Of a DNA stretch of 64,000 nt, positions 17,805 through 27,260 are shown piece after piece. Source of the DNA: Candidatus Entotheonellaceae bacterium (GTDB lineage: Bacteria > Tectomicrobia > Entotheonellia > Entotheonellales > Entotheonellaceae); contig OZ250173.1 of NCBI GenBank assembly GCA_965238075.1, forward strand, positions 2,528,001 through 2,592,000. The letters run 5' to 3'. The translations under genes were made by a program, and so were the position numbers. A model generated the notes under the pieces. The model worked only from the letters and a program-made list of their open reading frames with translations, was not told where the DNA came from and did not search any database. Each line of letters begins with the position of its first letter. The first letter of the stretch is position 1.

Positions 17805-20145
17805 TGGACGTATCCTCCACGGTGGCCAGTTGAGAGCGGTTTCTGGTATCCACGGTCATGAGCAGGGCCGGCAGGGCCGTCAGATCGGCGATCAGGGCAA
17901 AGGCGATGGTTATGGCCGTCATTCTGCCCATGCTGCCGTTCAGGTCGAACGACGACAGCGACAGAATCGAAAATCCGATCACCAGGATGATCGAGGTGAC
18001 GATCAGCGCCCGACCCACCGAGGAGAAGGCGTAGCGCACGGCGTCCTCGGCGCTCAGACCCTGCTCGCGGCGGGCGCGCAGGTACTTGCTCAGGAAGTGC
18101 ACGGTGTCGTCGACCACGATGCCCAGGGTCATGGTGATGACGATCGACAGGCCCAGATTCACCTGCCCCACGAAAATGCCCCAGACGCCGAACGCCAGCA
18201 CCGCCGGCGCCAGGTTGGGCAGCAGGCTGATGAGGCCGATCTTGAGGCTGCGCAACGCCAGGATGAGCACGCCGGAGATGAGCACCAGGGCCAGCGTCGT
18301 GCCGCCCAGCATGCTGTCGATGTTGCGCTTCGAGACGTGCGAGAACATGATGGCGCCGCTCGCCGCGCGACCGAACATCGCCTCCGGGGCGTTGGCGCGC
18401 AGCCAGTCCTCGGCCCGCACCGCCAAGCTGCGGATTTCACGCGCCGAGACGTTACCGAGCGTGGCGGTAATGCGCGTCGCTGATTTGTCGATGTTGATCT
18501 GGTTGTTCAGGTCCAGCCCGTAGGGCAGGGACAACTCGTATAGCAGGAGGTATTGAGCGCCGAGCTGGCGGTTGTCGGGCAGGCGATACCATTCCTGATC
18601 GTCGCCGTGCATACTCTTGTTGAGGCGCTTCATCGTGTCGCTGATGGTGTTGACGTGCGCCACCTCGGGTTGTGAGCGATACCAGTTGGCGAATTCTTCG
18701 AGCTTATCCATATAAGCCGGGTCGCTGATGCCGTTGGCCGAGTCGCTGCCGACGGAATGCTCGCTCTGGTACATGCCGCCAAGGTTCTCCATGGCGAAAT
18801 CGGTGTGCGTGCGGAAGGCAATGCGTTCGTCGAAGTAGTTAACGAAGCGGTCGTTGAGCTCGTTGAGGGGGATGCATAGTGCCAGCCCCAGCAGCACCGG
18901 CACGGAGCCGTACAACAACACCCGGCGGCGCCGGACGACGGTTTCGGCAAGCCATTCGACGTTGAACTTCCCGGTGCTCGTTCGCTGCTTGACGCGCACT
19001 GGCAGCACGCTCATCACCGCGGGCAGGAACAGCACCGACAGGATGAAGGCAATGCCCACACCCGTGGCCGTCATGTTACCCAGGTGGCGAAACGGCGGTG
19101 CGTCGCTAAAGTTCATGCTGAGGAAGCCGATGGCGGTGGTCAGGCTGGTCAGAAAAACCGGTTGCATATTGATCCGCAGGCTCTCGACAATGGCCTCGCG
19201 CTTGCTCCGGCCCTGGCGCATTTCGTGCAACATGGTGACCAGCAAGTGAATGCTGTCCGCCACCGCCAGCGTCATGATCATGGTGGCGGCCTGCGCTGAG
19301 GGGGGCGTCAGGCCCGTACCCATCCAGCCCGTCAGCCCCATTGCCGAGGCGGCCGAAAAGCCGACCACGAGCAGGGTGCCAAAGGTGCTGCTTAGCGAGC
19401 GCAGCAGCCAGAACATGATCACGAACATGGCCAGGTACATGAGCGGCACCAGCGTCTGCATGTCCTTGATGCCTGCTTCGAAGAAGGCGTTGTTGAGCAT
19501 GGAGAGGCCGGTGAGGTAGACGTCGATGTCGGGATACGCGGCGCGGATTTCATCAGCCAGCCGCCGGGCGTGGGCGGCCACGTCTGGCACCTCGGTTATA
19601 CTTTTTTCGGCAAAGTGCAGCGTGACGTTGACGCCGGTAACGTGTACGGACGGCGAAATGAGGCGATTGATCAGAAGCGGCTCGTTCAGGGCAACCTCTC
19701 TGGCTTCCTGCAAGACCTCAGGCGGCTGCGTCATGGCATCGGAAACCAAATCAGCCACGAACAGGTCGTCGCCTTCGGCGCGGGTGTGCTGGAAGTTGGT
19801 GACCGAGTCGACGCGTATGGCAAAGGGGATTTGCCACGCTTTTTCCGTCAACTGCTCCACGGCCGTGAGCACCGGAGCGGTAAAAACCTCGCCACCGGCG
19901 GGTGCCAGGACGAACAGGACGTTGTCGTTTTTGCCATAAACGTTTTGCAGTTCGTCGAAGGCTTTGAGCTGCGGGTTGTCCTTGCTGAAGAAAACGCGGT
20001 AATCGGTGTCGAACCACAGGAAGCGCCCGCCACTGGCGGCGACGGCCACCAGCAGCACAACAACCAATAAAATGGGCCAGCGCCAGCGGATCACCCCCCA
20101 GCCATAGGCTTGTACCGCGCTGTCGAAGGTGCCGTTTTTCGGCAT
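17797..20145 (-). CDS. MMPL/RND family transporter
   Basis: Two repeats with LAVADSIH/GIVVDDTVH and LTSLTTAIGF; about 12 TM segments. Confidence 0.92.
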   Translation of the reverse strand: MPKNGTFDSAVQAYGWGVIRWRWPILLVVVLLVAVAASGGRFLWFDTDYRVFFSKDNPQLKAFDELQNVYGKNDNVLFVLAPAGGEVFTAPVLTAVEQLTEKAWQIPFAIRVDSVTNFQHTRAEGDDLFVADLVSDAMTQPPEVLQEAREVALNEPLLINRLISPSVHVTGVNVTLHFAEKSITEVPDVAAHARRLADEIRAAYPDIDVYLTGLSMLNNAFFEAGIKDMQTLVPLMYLAMFVIMFWLLRSLSSTFGTLLVVGFSAASAMGLTGWMGTGLTPPSAQAATMIMTLAVADSIHLLVTMLHEMRQGRSKREAIVESLRINMQPVFLTSLTTAIGFLSMNFSDAPPFRHLGNMTATGVGIAFILSVLFLPAVMSVLPVRVKQRTSTGKFNVEWLAETVVRRRRVLLYGSVPVLLGLALCIPLNELNDRFVNYFDERIAFRTHTDFAMENLGGMYQSEHSVGSDSANGISDPAYMDKLEEFANWYRSQPEVAHVNTISDTMKRLNKSMHGDDQEWYRLPDNRQLGAQYLLLYELSLPYGLDLNNQINIDKSATRITATLGNVSAREIRSLAVRAEDWLRANAPEAMFGRAASGAIMFSHVSKRNIDSMLGGTTLALVLISGVLILALRSLKIGLISLLPNLAPAVLAFGVWGIFVGQVNLGLSIVITMTLGIVVDDTVHFLSKYLRARREQGLSAEDAVRYAFSSVGRALIVTSIILVIGFSILSLSSFDLNGSMGRMTAITIAFALIADLTALPALLMTVDTRNRSQLATVEDTSNV

Positions 20146-20386
20146 GGCGTGGGCCTCCTGTACGGTTGAAGTATTAAGAAATTAACCCGCGGTCAGTCTG
20201 GCCGCGAAAACGCAGGAACGCTGGCCAATATGCCAGAATTCGTGTGTTCTTGCATGCTGCCACAGCTCCTGCGGCTCCATCAAGACGTTACGTCTCGTTC
20301 TGAGGGACGAACTGAGCCCCGCGGGTGCAGCTCTGATGGTGTCGGTGGATGGTCAGGGTGGTGTAGGAAGCAGGAAAGTGAACGGC

Positions 20387-20488
20387 TTAACGTTGGGCCT
20401 TTCGCTTGCGGACGTCTACGATGGACCACACCAAGCCAAGGGTCGACAGGACGAAAAAGATGACGGCGATCACGTCCAAATTCGTCAT
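20387..20488 (-). CDS. 33-aa single-TM peptide (not in the ORF track)
   Basis: MTNLDVIAVIFFVLSTLGLVWSIVDVRKRKAQR; ATGA overlap with the upstream stop; GGAGGTG RBS. Confidence 0.6.
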   Translation of the reverse strand: MTNLDVIAVIFFVLSTLGLVWSIVDVRKRKAQR

Positions 20489-20682
20489 TCACCACCTCCG
20501 GCAAGCAAATTGTGGGCGACGATGTAGCATTCGAGCGCACCAGCTATGGCAACCAGCGTCCACCCAAGGTCCATTTTGTTGGTGCCGAGTGCAACGAGGG
20601 CTGCAATTGAGACGCCCTTCGCAATATCAGCCAAGGTTTTGGCAAGAAGATCACGTTGCGCGGTATTCAATTGCATCTCCAC
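20485..20682 (-). CDS. Small two-TM membrane protein
   Basis: QRDLLAKTLADIAK followed by two hydrophobic helices. Confidence 0.6.
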   Translation of the reverse strand: MEMQLNTAQRDLLAKTLADIAKGVSIAALVALGTNKMDLGWTLVAIAGALECYIVAHNLLAGGGE

Positions 20683-20765
20683 GTGCAGCGGTATGATTCA
20701 GTCAGAAAAGTACACCTGATATGAGGGGTCATTGTCAAGAAATACTCGGTCCCTGAGGAATCCAC

Positions 20766-21662
20766 ATGCAACGTTCACTGTACGACCTCCAAGATATGTC
20801 CATTCTGCTGGCCTATGCCCACCCGGACGATGAAGGCTTTGCGACCGGCGGCATTCTGGCGCTGCTGGCCAACCGGGGGGCGCGGCTCACCCTGGTCTGC
20901 GCCACCAACGGCGACGTGGGCGAGATCAGCGATCCTGCCCTCGCCACCCCGGATACGCTCGGCCAGGTGCGCCAAGCGGAATTGCGACAGGCGATGGCCG
21001 TGACCGGCGTGCGGGACCTGCGTTTTCTCGGCTACCGCGATTCCGGCATGGCCGGAACGGACGACAACCAACACGCCAACGCGCTCATGCAAGCACCGCC
21101 CGACGAGGTGATCGGCCGGCTGGTGGACGTGATGCGCGAGACCCGTCCGCACGTCGTCATCACCCACGACCCGACGGGCGGCTATGGCCATCCGGACCAC
21201 GTCACCATGTGCCGGCACGTCACCGCGGCGTTTCGGTTGGCTGCCGACGTGGATGCCTACCCGGAGCAACTTGACCAGGGCCGCCAGCCGTGGCAGCCGG
21301 AGTTGCTTTACTACGTCTGCTTTCCGCGCAGTTTCTTCCGCCGCATGTGGCAATACCTGCGCGAGGCGGGCATCCGCCCGCCGTTCGCCAGCGAGGAAGT
21401 CGAAGCCCTCGGCACTCCGGACGACGAGGTGACGACGGTCGTTGACGTCGAGCCCTGGCTGGCCACCAAAATTGCCTCGCTGAACTGCCATCGCACGCAG
21501 ATCGATCCCCAGGGGCCCTTCCATAAATTGCCCACCCACAGGCTGCATGATATGATGCGCAACGAGTATTTCACGCTGGCTCTGCCGAATGACGCAGGGG
21601 CTGACGCTGACCTGCTGGGCAGGCTGGCGCCTGCCGCAGCCCGCCAACCGGGGCTGTCTTGA
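20766..21662 (+). CDS. PIG-L family deacetylase (MshB/Mca/BshB-like)
   Basis: AHPDDE, LGYRDSGMAG, GGYGHPDH, HRTQ. Confidence 0.9.
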   Translation: MQRSLYDLQDMSILLAYAHPDDEGFATGGILALLANRGARLTLVCATNGDVGEISDPALATPDTLGQVRQAELRQAMAVTGVRDLRFLGYRDSGMAGTDDNQHANALMQAPPDEVIGRLVDVMRETRPHVVITHDPTGGYGHPDHVTMCRHVTAAFRLAADVDAYPEQLDQGRQPWQPELLYYVCFPRSFFRRMWQYLREAGIRPPFASEEVEALGTPDDEVTTVVDVEPWLATKIASLNCHRTQIDPQGPFHKLPTHRLHDMMRNEYFTLALPNDAGADADLLGRLAPAAARQPGLS

Positions 21663-21748
21663 CGCCGTTCGCATCTGCTGGTTTACTTCTGCGATACGTT
21701 CTTCCCTTCTGATCGACGAATTCAGCGAAAATCCTGGAGCGCGGTACC

Positions 21749-22552
21749 ATGGCACAAGCCGAATTGACCCTGAAGCAACACGGGTTCGGGCAAACGAGAC
21801 GCCGGGACCTGTGGTGGCTACGGCCGCTGGCGGTCTTTGCAGGACTGTCTATCTTTGTCATCTATACGACTTGGGCGGCCTTTCAAGGCGAGTATTACGC
21901 CTTCGGGCCGTATCTGTCGCCGCTGTATTCGCCGGAGCTTTTCGGCGAGTCCTCGCATAGCTGGTTCGGCGCCAAGCCGTCCTGGTGGCCCTCGGTGCTG
22001 CCGTGGTCGCCCGCTTTTCTGATCCTGTGGGCGCCCGGCGGCTTTCGCCTCACCTGCTATTACTATCGCGGCGCCTATTACAAGGCGTTCTGGGCCGACC
22101 CGCCCTCCTGCGCCGTGGCCGAGCCCCGCCACCGCTACCTGGGTGAGAATTCCTTCCCGCTGATTCTGCAAAACATCCACCGCTACTTCCTCTATCTGGC
22201 GCTGCTTTTCATCGTCTTCCTTACCTACGACGTGTGGAACGCCCTGTGGTTCACCGACGCGGCGACGGGAGCCGCGTCCTTCGGTATCGGCGTCGGCACC
22301 CTGGTGCTGGCGGCCAACGTGGTGTTTCTGGGCGGCTACACGCTGGGCTGTCATTCGCTGCGCCACCTGGTCGGCGGTGTTCTGGATCGCCTGTCGGCGT
22401 CCCCGGCGCGGCTGAAGGCATACAACTGCGTCGGCTGCCTGAATCGCAGGCACATGCTGTGGGCCTGGATGAGCCTGTGTTGGGTGGGGTTTTCGGACGT
22501 TTACGTTCGCCTGTGTGCCATGGGGATATGGACTGACTTAAGGATTTTGTAA
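21749..22552 (+). CDS. Succinate dehydrogenase membrane anchor, mycobacterial Sdh1 (Rv0249c)-type
   Basis: YLSPLYSP, FRLTCYYYRGAYY, GCHSLRHLVGG, LNRRHM; precedes sdhAB. Confidence 0.85.
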   Translation: MAQAELTLKQHGFGQTRRRDLWWLRPLAVFAGLSIFVIYTTWAAFQGEYYAFGPYLSPLYSPELFGESSHSWFGAKPSWWPSVLPWSPAFLILWAPGGFRLTCYYYRGAYYKAFWADPPSCAVAEPRHRYLGENSFPLILQNIHRYFLYLALLFIVFLTYDVWNALWFTDAATGAASFGIGVGTLVLAANVVFLGGYTLGCHSLRHLVGGVLDRLSASPARLKAYNCVGCLNRRHMLWAWMSLCWVGFSDVYVRLCAMGIWTDLRIL

Positions 22553-24378
22553 TGCTCAACTACGAGACGCATGAGTACGACGTGTTGGTCATCGGCGCTG
22601 GCGGTGCCGGCTTGCGGGTGGCTATCGAGGCTGCGGCCACCCGGCTGTCGGTCGGTCTGGTTTGCAAGTCGCTGCTCGGCAAGGCCCACACGGTGATGGC
22701 CGAGGGCGGCATCGCGGCGGCCCTGGCGAACGTGGACCAGCGGGACGATTGGAAGGTGCATTTCACCGACACCATGCGCGGCGGCCAGTATGTGAACAAC
22801 TGGCGCATGGCCGAGTTGCACGCCAAGGAAGCGCCGGAGTGCGTGCGCGAGTTGGAGGCGTGGGGTGCGCTGTTCGACCGCACGCAGGACGGGCGCATCC
22901 TGCAGCGCAACTTCGGCGGGCACAAATACCCCCGGCTGGCGCACGTGGGCGACCGCACCGGGCTGGAAATGATCCGCACCCTGCAGGACCACGGCATTCA
23001 CCAGGGCATCGAGGTGCACATGGAGTGCACGGTCGTCACGCTGCTGCAGGACGCCGGGCGGGTGGTCGGCGCCTTTGGCTACGACCGCGAACGCGGGCGT
23101 TTCCGGGTGTTCCGCGCCAAGGCGGTCGTCCTGGCCACCGGCGGCGTGGGCCGCGCCTACAAGATCACCAGCAACAGTTGGGAATACACCGGCGACGGGC
23201 ATTCCCTGGCCTACCACGCCGGGGCGGACCTTATGGACATGGAGTTCGTGCAGTTTCATCCCACCGGCATGGTGTGGCCGCCCAGCGTGCGCGGTATCCT
23301 GGTCACCGAGGGCGTGCGCGGCGAGGGCGGCGTGCTGCGCAACCGGGAAGGCCGGCGGTTCATGTTCGATGACATTCCGGAACTGTACCGCAATCAGACA
23401 TCGGACAACGAGGAAGAGGGCTGGCGCTATACCCAAGGCGACCCCGAGGCCCGCCGGCCGCCGGAGTTGCTGACGCGCGATCACGTGGCGCGTTGTATCG
23501 TGCGGGAGGTCAAGGAGGGGCGCGGCAGCCCGCACGACGGCGTATTCCTCGACATTGCCTGGATCAAAGACCGGCTGCCGACCGCCGAGGATCACATCCG
23601 GCGCAAGCTGCCGAGCATGTATCACCAGTTCAAGCAACTCGCCGGCATCGACATCACCAAGGAGGCGATGGAGGTGGGGCCGACGACGCACTACGTCATG
23701 GGCGGCATTCGGGTGGAGGCGGACACGCAGATGTCGAACGTTCCCGGCCTGTTCGCTGCCGGGGAGTGCGCTGCCGGGCTGCACGGCGCCAATCGACTGG
23801 GCGGCAACTCGCTGTCCGATCTGCTCGTTTTCGGCAAGCGAGCCGGCAAGTACGCGGCTGAGTTTGCCGCGGAACACGGCGCCGGCACTATCGACGAGGC
23901 ACAGATTGAATCGACCGCCACCTGGGCTTTGCGCTATTTCGAGTCGAACGGCAGCTCCCCGACCGAGGCGGAGAATCCCTATCGCGTGCAGGCGGATCTG
24001 CAGGACATGATGCAGGATTTGGTTGGCATCGTGCGCACCGAAAGCGATCTGCGGAAGGGCGTCGAGGCGCTGCAGGGTTTGGCCGAGCGCGCCCAGCGGG
24101 TCAGCGTGCCGGGCAACCGCGAATACAATGCCGGCTGGCATACGGCGCTGGATTTGCGCCACTTGCTGACCGTGTCGGAGGCGATTGCTCTGGCGGCGCT
24201 GGAGCGCAAGGAAAGCCGTGGGGCGCATTTCCGGGAGGATTATCCCGACAAAGACGAAAACGAGGCGCGTGAAAACATCATTGTTCGCAAGGGTCCCAAC
24301 GGCGAGATGCAGGTGACGCGGGAAGCCCTGCCCGCGACCCGTTCCGACCTGCAAACCATCATCGAGGAGATGCAGTGA
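22552..24378 (+). CDS. sdhA: Succinate dehydrogenase/fumarate reductase flavoprotein
   Basis: GAGGAG, AHTVMAEGG, QFHPTG, HGANRLGGNSL, ESRGAHFR. Confidence 0.95.
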   Translation: MLNYETHEYDVLVIGAGGAGLRVAIEAAATRLSVGLVCKSLLGKAHTVMAEGGIAAALANVDQRDDWKVHFTDTMRGGQYVNNWRMAELHAKEAPECVRELEAWGALFDRTQDGRILQRNFGGHKYPRLAHVGDRTGLEMIRTLQDHGIHQGIEVHMECTVVTLLQDAGRVVGAFGYDRERGRFRVFRAKAVVLATGGVGRAYKITSNSWEYTGDGHSLAYHAGADLMDMEFVQFHPTGMVWPPSVRGILVTEGVRGEGGVLRNREGRRFMFDDIPELYRNQTSDNEEEGWRYTQGDPEARRPPELLTRDHVARCIVREVKEGRGSPHDGVFLDIAWIKDRLPTAEDHIRRKLPSMYHQFKQLAGIDITKEAMEVGPTTHYVMGGIRVEADTQMSNVPGLFAAGECAAGLHGANRLGGNSLSDLLVFGKRAGKYAAEFAAEHGAGTIDEAQIESTATWALRYFESNGSSPTEAENPYRVQADLQDMMQDLVGIVRTESDLRKGVEALQGLAERAQRVSVPGNREYNAGWHTALDLRHLLTVSEAIALAALERKESRGAHFREDYPDKDENEARENIIVRKGPNGEMQVTREALPATRSDLQTIIEEMQ

Positions 24379-25124
24379 TGGTCATGGCAACGTTCAAGCT
24401 GTGGCGCGGCAACCGCGATGCGGGCCGCTTCGAGGACTATCAAACCGACATCACCGAGGGGATGGTCGTGCTCGATGCGGTGCACCAGATCCAGGCCGAT
24501 CAGGCCCAGGATCTCGCCGTGCGCTGGAATTGCAAGGCGGGCAAGTGCGGCTCGTGTTCCGCCGAGGTGAATGGCAGCCCGAAACTCATGTGCATGACCC
24601 GCTGCAGCGACATCCCGCTGGATCAGCCGGTGACCATCGAGCCGATGAAGGCGTTTCCGCTGATCAAAGACCTCGTTACCGACGTGTCGTGGAATTTTCA
24701 GGTCAAGAAGCGCATCAAACCCTTCAAGCCCCGGCAACCCGATGCGGACGACGGCACGTGGCGCATGGCGCAGGCCGACATCGACCGTGTGCAGGAGTTC
24801 CGCAAGTGTATCGAGTGCTTCCTGTGCCAGGACGTCTGCCACGTGCTGCGTGAGCACCAGATGCACGATGCCTTCATCGGCCCGCGGTTCTTCGTTTACG
24901 AGGCCTCCCTGGAAATGCACCCGCTGGACGTCGAAAACCGTCTCGGCGACCTCAAGGACACCGGCGGCATCGGCTACTGCAACATCACCAAATGCTGCAC
25001 CAAGGTCTGCCCCGAAGACATCACCATCACCGACAACGCCATCATTCCCCTCAAGGAGCGCGTGGTCGATGAGTTCTATGACCCGGTGCAGAAACTCTTC
25101 CGCGTTTTCAAACCGAAGCGTTGA
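24378..25124 (+). CDS. sdhB: Succinate dehydrogenase/fumarate reductase iron-sulfur subunit
   Basis: CKAGKCGSC, CIECFLCQDVC, CNITKCCTKVCP. Confidence 0.95.
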   Translation: MVMATFKLWRGNRDAGRFEDYQTDITEGMVVLDAVHQIQADQAQDLAVRWNCKAGKCGSCSAEVNGSPKLMCMTRCSDIPLDQPVTIEPMKAFPLIKDLVTDVSWNFQVKKRIKPFKPRQPDADDGTWRMAQADIDRVQEFRKCIECFLCQDVCHVLREHQMHDAFIGPRFFVYEASLEMHPLDVENRLGDLKDTGGIGYCNITKCCTKVCPEDITITDNAIIPLKERVVDEFYDPVQKLFRVFKPKR

Positions 25125-25196
25125 CCCACCCCGACCTTCGATAGACCTGCCAGACCGGGGGGCGTTCGTTCGTCCGCCTTTACAACATTGAAAGCT

Positions 25197-25285
25197 GTAG
25201 GTCGGATTAGCCGCAGGCGTAATCCGACAGCAGAAGCTGTGCGGCGCAGTGGAATGTCGGATTATGCTTTGCTAATCCGACCTAC
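25197..25285. repeat. Inverted pair of GTAG-tagged REP elements (BIME-like)
   Basis: GTAG-GTCGGATTA..TAATCCGAC and inverted copy ending CTAC. Confidence 0.85.
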
Positions 25286-25380
25286 GTAGAACTGACGATC
25301 TTCTCAATGATTCAATATCGAAAGTATCGAACTGGAACGTCCGATTCGGGCGGGAAAAGTGGGTGGGGCCAAACAGGCAC

Positions 25381-25412
25381 AAAAAAAGGGACCTCGGAAA
25401 ACCGAGGTCCCT
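25381..25412 (-). terminator. Rho-independent terminator of pqqA
   Basis: AGGGACCTCGG-TTTT-CCGAGGTCCCT-TTTTTT on the minus strand, about 18 nt after the pqqA stop. Confidence 0.9.
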
Positions 25413-25430
25413 TACGCATCAACAATCGTT

Positions 25431-25505
25431 TTAGCGATTGAGGATGTACATCGTGAGCTCAAAACCGAAACGCTTGTCCTGATAAGCAGGCTTGGTCCAC
25501 TTCAT
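25431..25505 (-). CDS. pqqA: PQQ precursor peptide PqqA (24 aa; not in the ORF track)
   Basis: MKWTKPAYQDKRFGFELTMYILNR: W-x-K-P leader, GFE-x-T-x-Y (ExxxY) core, NR end; AAGGAG RBS. Confidence 0.95.
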   Translation of the reverse strand: MKWTKPAYQDKRFGFELTMYILNR

Positions 25506-25590
25506 TGATTCTCTCCTTCAGGGAGTCACTTCCCGTGGTTGTCATCCCCCGTTCAGCGAGGGAACTTGTCAACATCGTCATCATTATCTA

Positions 25591-25606
25591 TGCAAGCTGT
25601 GTGCCA
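25591..25606 (-). promoter_or_regulatory. Sigma-54 (-24/-12) promoter facing pqqA
   Basis: TGGCAC-ACAGC-TTGCA, consensus match 86 nt upstream of the pqqA ATG. Confidence 0.85.
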
Positions 25607-25804
25607 GAATTTCTTCAACCTTCTATCACCCCAGAAATAAGGCAGTTGCGGCCACAGGCCGTTTCCTGTCCGTCCGGCAAGCCCCTGCGACAGACTGTAG
25701 TATGGTACGCCCTGATTCTCCATAACCCACCTGTATACAAGCACTTATATTTCTGATACGTCGGTTGCGCCTGCAAAAAATGTCGCACCCCTTTTTGCGA
25801 TGGC

Positions 25805-27241
25805 TCAGGGCTCAACAGGATCGGGCGATTTTTGCCGCGTCAGACGTTTGTTCAACGCCTGACGGGTCAGGCCGAGCATGCCGGCGGCGATGCCCTGATT
25901 GCCGTCGGCGCGTTGCAGGGCCTCGGCGATCAGCGCCTGCTCGGCTTCTTTCAGGGTCGGCAGACAGTCGGGGAAGAGGGACGACAGGTTTTCCAGAGCG
26001 GCGCTCGCTTGCGGGCCGTCGTCGGGGCCGTTGCGCCGGTCGAAGGCGATGGACCTGAAGGTTTTGAGCGACAGGACGCCGCCTTGGTGCTGGGCGACGG
26101 CGTCGAAGATCATCGCTTCCAGCTCGCGCACGTTGCCGGGGAACGCATACGTTTTCAGCAGGCGAAATAGCTCCATCGGCGGTGTCGGCGTGGGCTTGCT
26201 CAACTCCTGGGCGGCATTTTCCAGAAAATGGTTGATCAGCAGCGGCAGGTCTTCCTGACGCTCGCGCAGCGGCGGGACGTGTAGGTGGTGGGCCCGCAGG
26301 CGGTAATAGAGGTCCTTGCGAAACGCCCCGGCGTTGACCCGCTCCACGATGTCCACGTTGGTCGCCACGATAACCCGCGCGCTGCTCTGCCGTGGATTAT
26401 CGGCGCCGAGCGGGTAATACGTCCCCTCCTGCAGCAGGCGCAGCAATTTGACCTGCGACGGGATGGCCAGGTCGCCGATTTCGTCCAGGAACAAGGTGCC
26501 GTCGGCCGCCTGCGTGATCAGCCCGCTGCGCGCCTGGTCGGCGCCGGTAAAGGCGCCCCTGGTGTGGCCGAACAGGGTGTCGGAGAACATCGTGTCATCC
26601 AGCCCGGCGACGTTGACGGCGACCAGTTCCCCCTGCCCGCGCGACACCGTATGCACCGAGTGCGCCAGCAGTTCCTTGCCGGTGCCCGTCTCGCCGGTGA
26701 TCAACACCGGCTGGCGCGACGCGGCAATGGCCTCGACGTAGCGGAAAATGGCATGCATCGCCTTGCTCTGCGTCACGATGGCGGTAAAGGCGTCGCGCTG
26801 GTCGAGCCTTTCGGTCAGCAGGTGTTCCTTCAGCGACAACACCTCCTCGCGCAGGTTGCGGATTTCCAGCGCCCGCGTCACCGATGACACGAAGCGGTTC
26901 TTCTCCACCGGCTTGACAAGGTAGTCGATGGCGCCGCCCTGCATGCACTGCACGGCGGTGTCCAGGTCGTTGGTGGCGGTCATCAGAATCACCGGCACGT
27001 CGGGATAGCCGGCGGCGATCTGCCCGAGCAGCTCTTGGCCGGTGACGTGCGGCATGGCGAGGTCGAGCACGACGACGCCCACGTCCTGCTCGCTCAGCAG
27101 CGGCATGACCTCGCGGCTGTCGTCGAGGGTGACGACGTGCTTGACGCCCGAGGAGCGCAGCAACACGCTGGCGCTGCGCAAAAGCTGCGGCTCGTCGTCC
27201 ACCAGCAGAATGGGGAGCGGCGATGAAGCGGTAGACGCCAT
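25805..27241 (-). CDS. Sigma-54-dependent response regulator (NtrC family)
   Basis: REC domain (LVDDE, VLDLAMP), GETGTGKE, GAFTGA, FLDEIG, FPGNVREL, Fis HTH. Confidence 0.95.
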   Translation of the reverse strand: MASTASSPLPILLVDDEPQLLRSASVLLRSSGVKHVVTLDDSREVMPLLSEQDVGVVVLDLAMPHVTGQELLGQIAAGYPDVPVILMTATNDLDTAVQCMQGGAIDYLVKPVEKNRFVSSVTRALEIRNLREEVLSLKEHLLTERLDQRDAFTAIVTQSKAMHAIFRYVEAIAASRQPVLITGETGTGKELLAHSVHTVSRGQGELVAVNVAGLDDTMFSDTLFGHTRGAFTGADQARSGLITQAADGTLFLDEIGDLAIPSQVKLLRLLQEGTYYPLGADNPRQSSARVIVATNVDIVERVNAGAFRKDLYYRLRAHHLHVPPLRERQEDLPLLINHFLENAAQELSKPTPTPPMELFRLLKTYAFPGNVRELEAMIFDAVAQHQGGVLSLKTFRSIAFDRRNGPDDGPQASAALENLSSLFPDCLPTLKEAEQALIAEALQRADGNQGIAAGMLGLTRQALNKRLTRQKSPDPVEP

Positions 27242-27260
27242 GTTTGGTGTGCTCCTTGTG

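Noticed and set aside
20205-20240. Sigma-54 promoter for the MMPL operon
   Set aside because: GG-GC spacing is off by one base in both candidate alignments
22501-24354. 617-aa minus-strand ORF and similar long antisense ORFs (6975-8198, 34654-36675, 44092-45198, 56854-58269)
   Set aside because: Shadows of real GC-rich genes on the opposite strand; no family motifs
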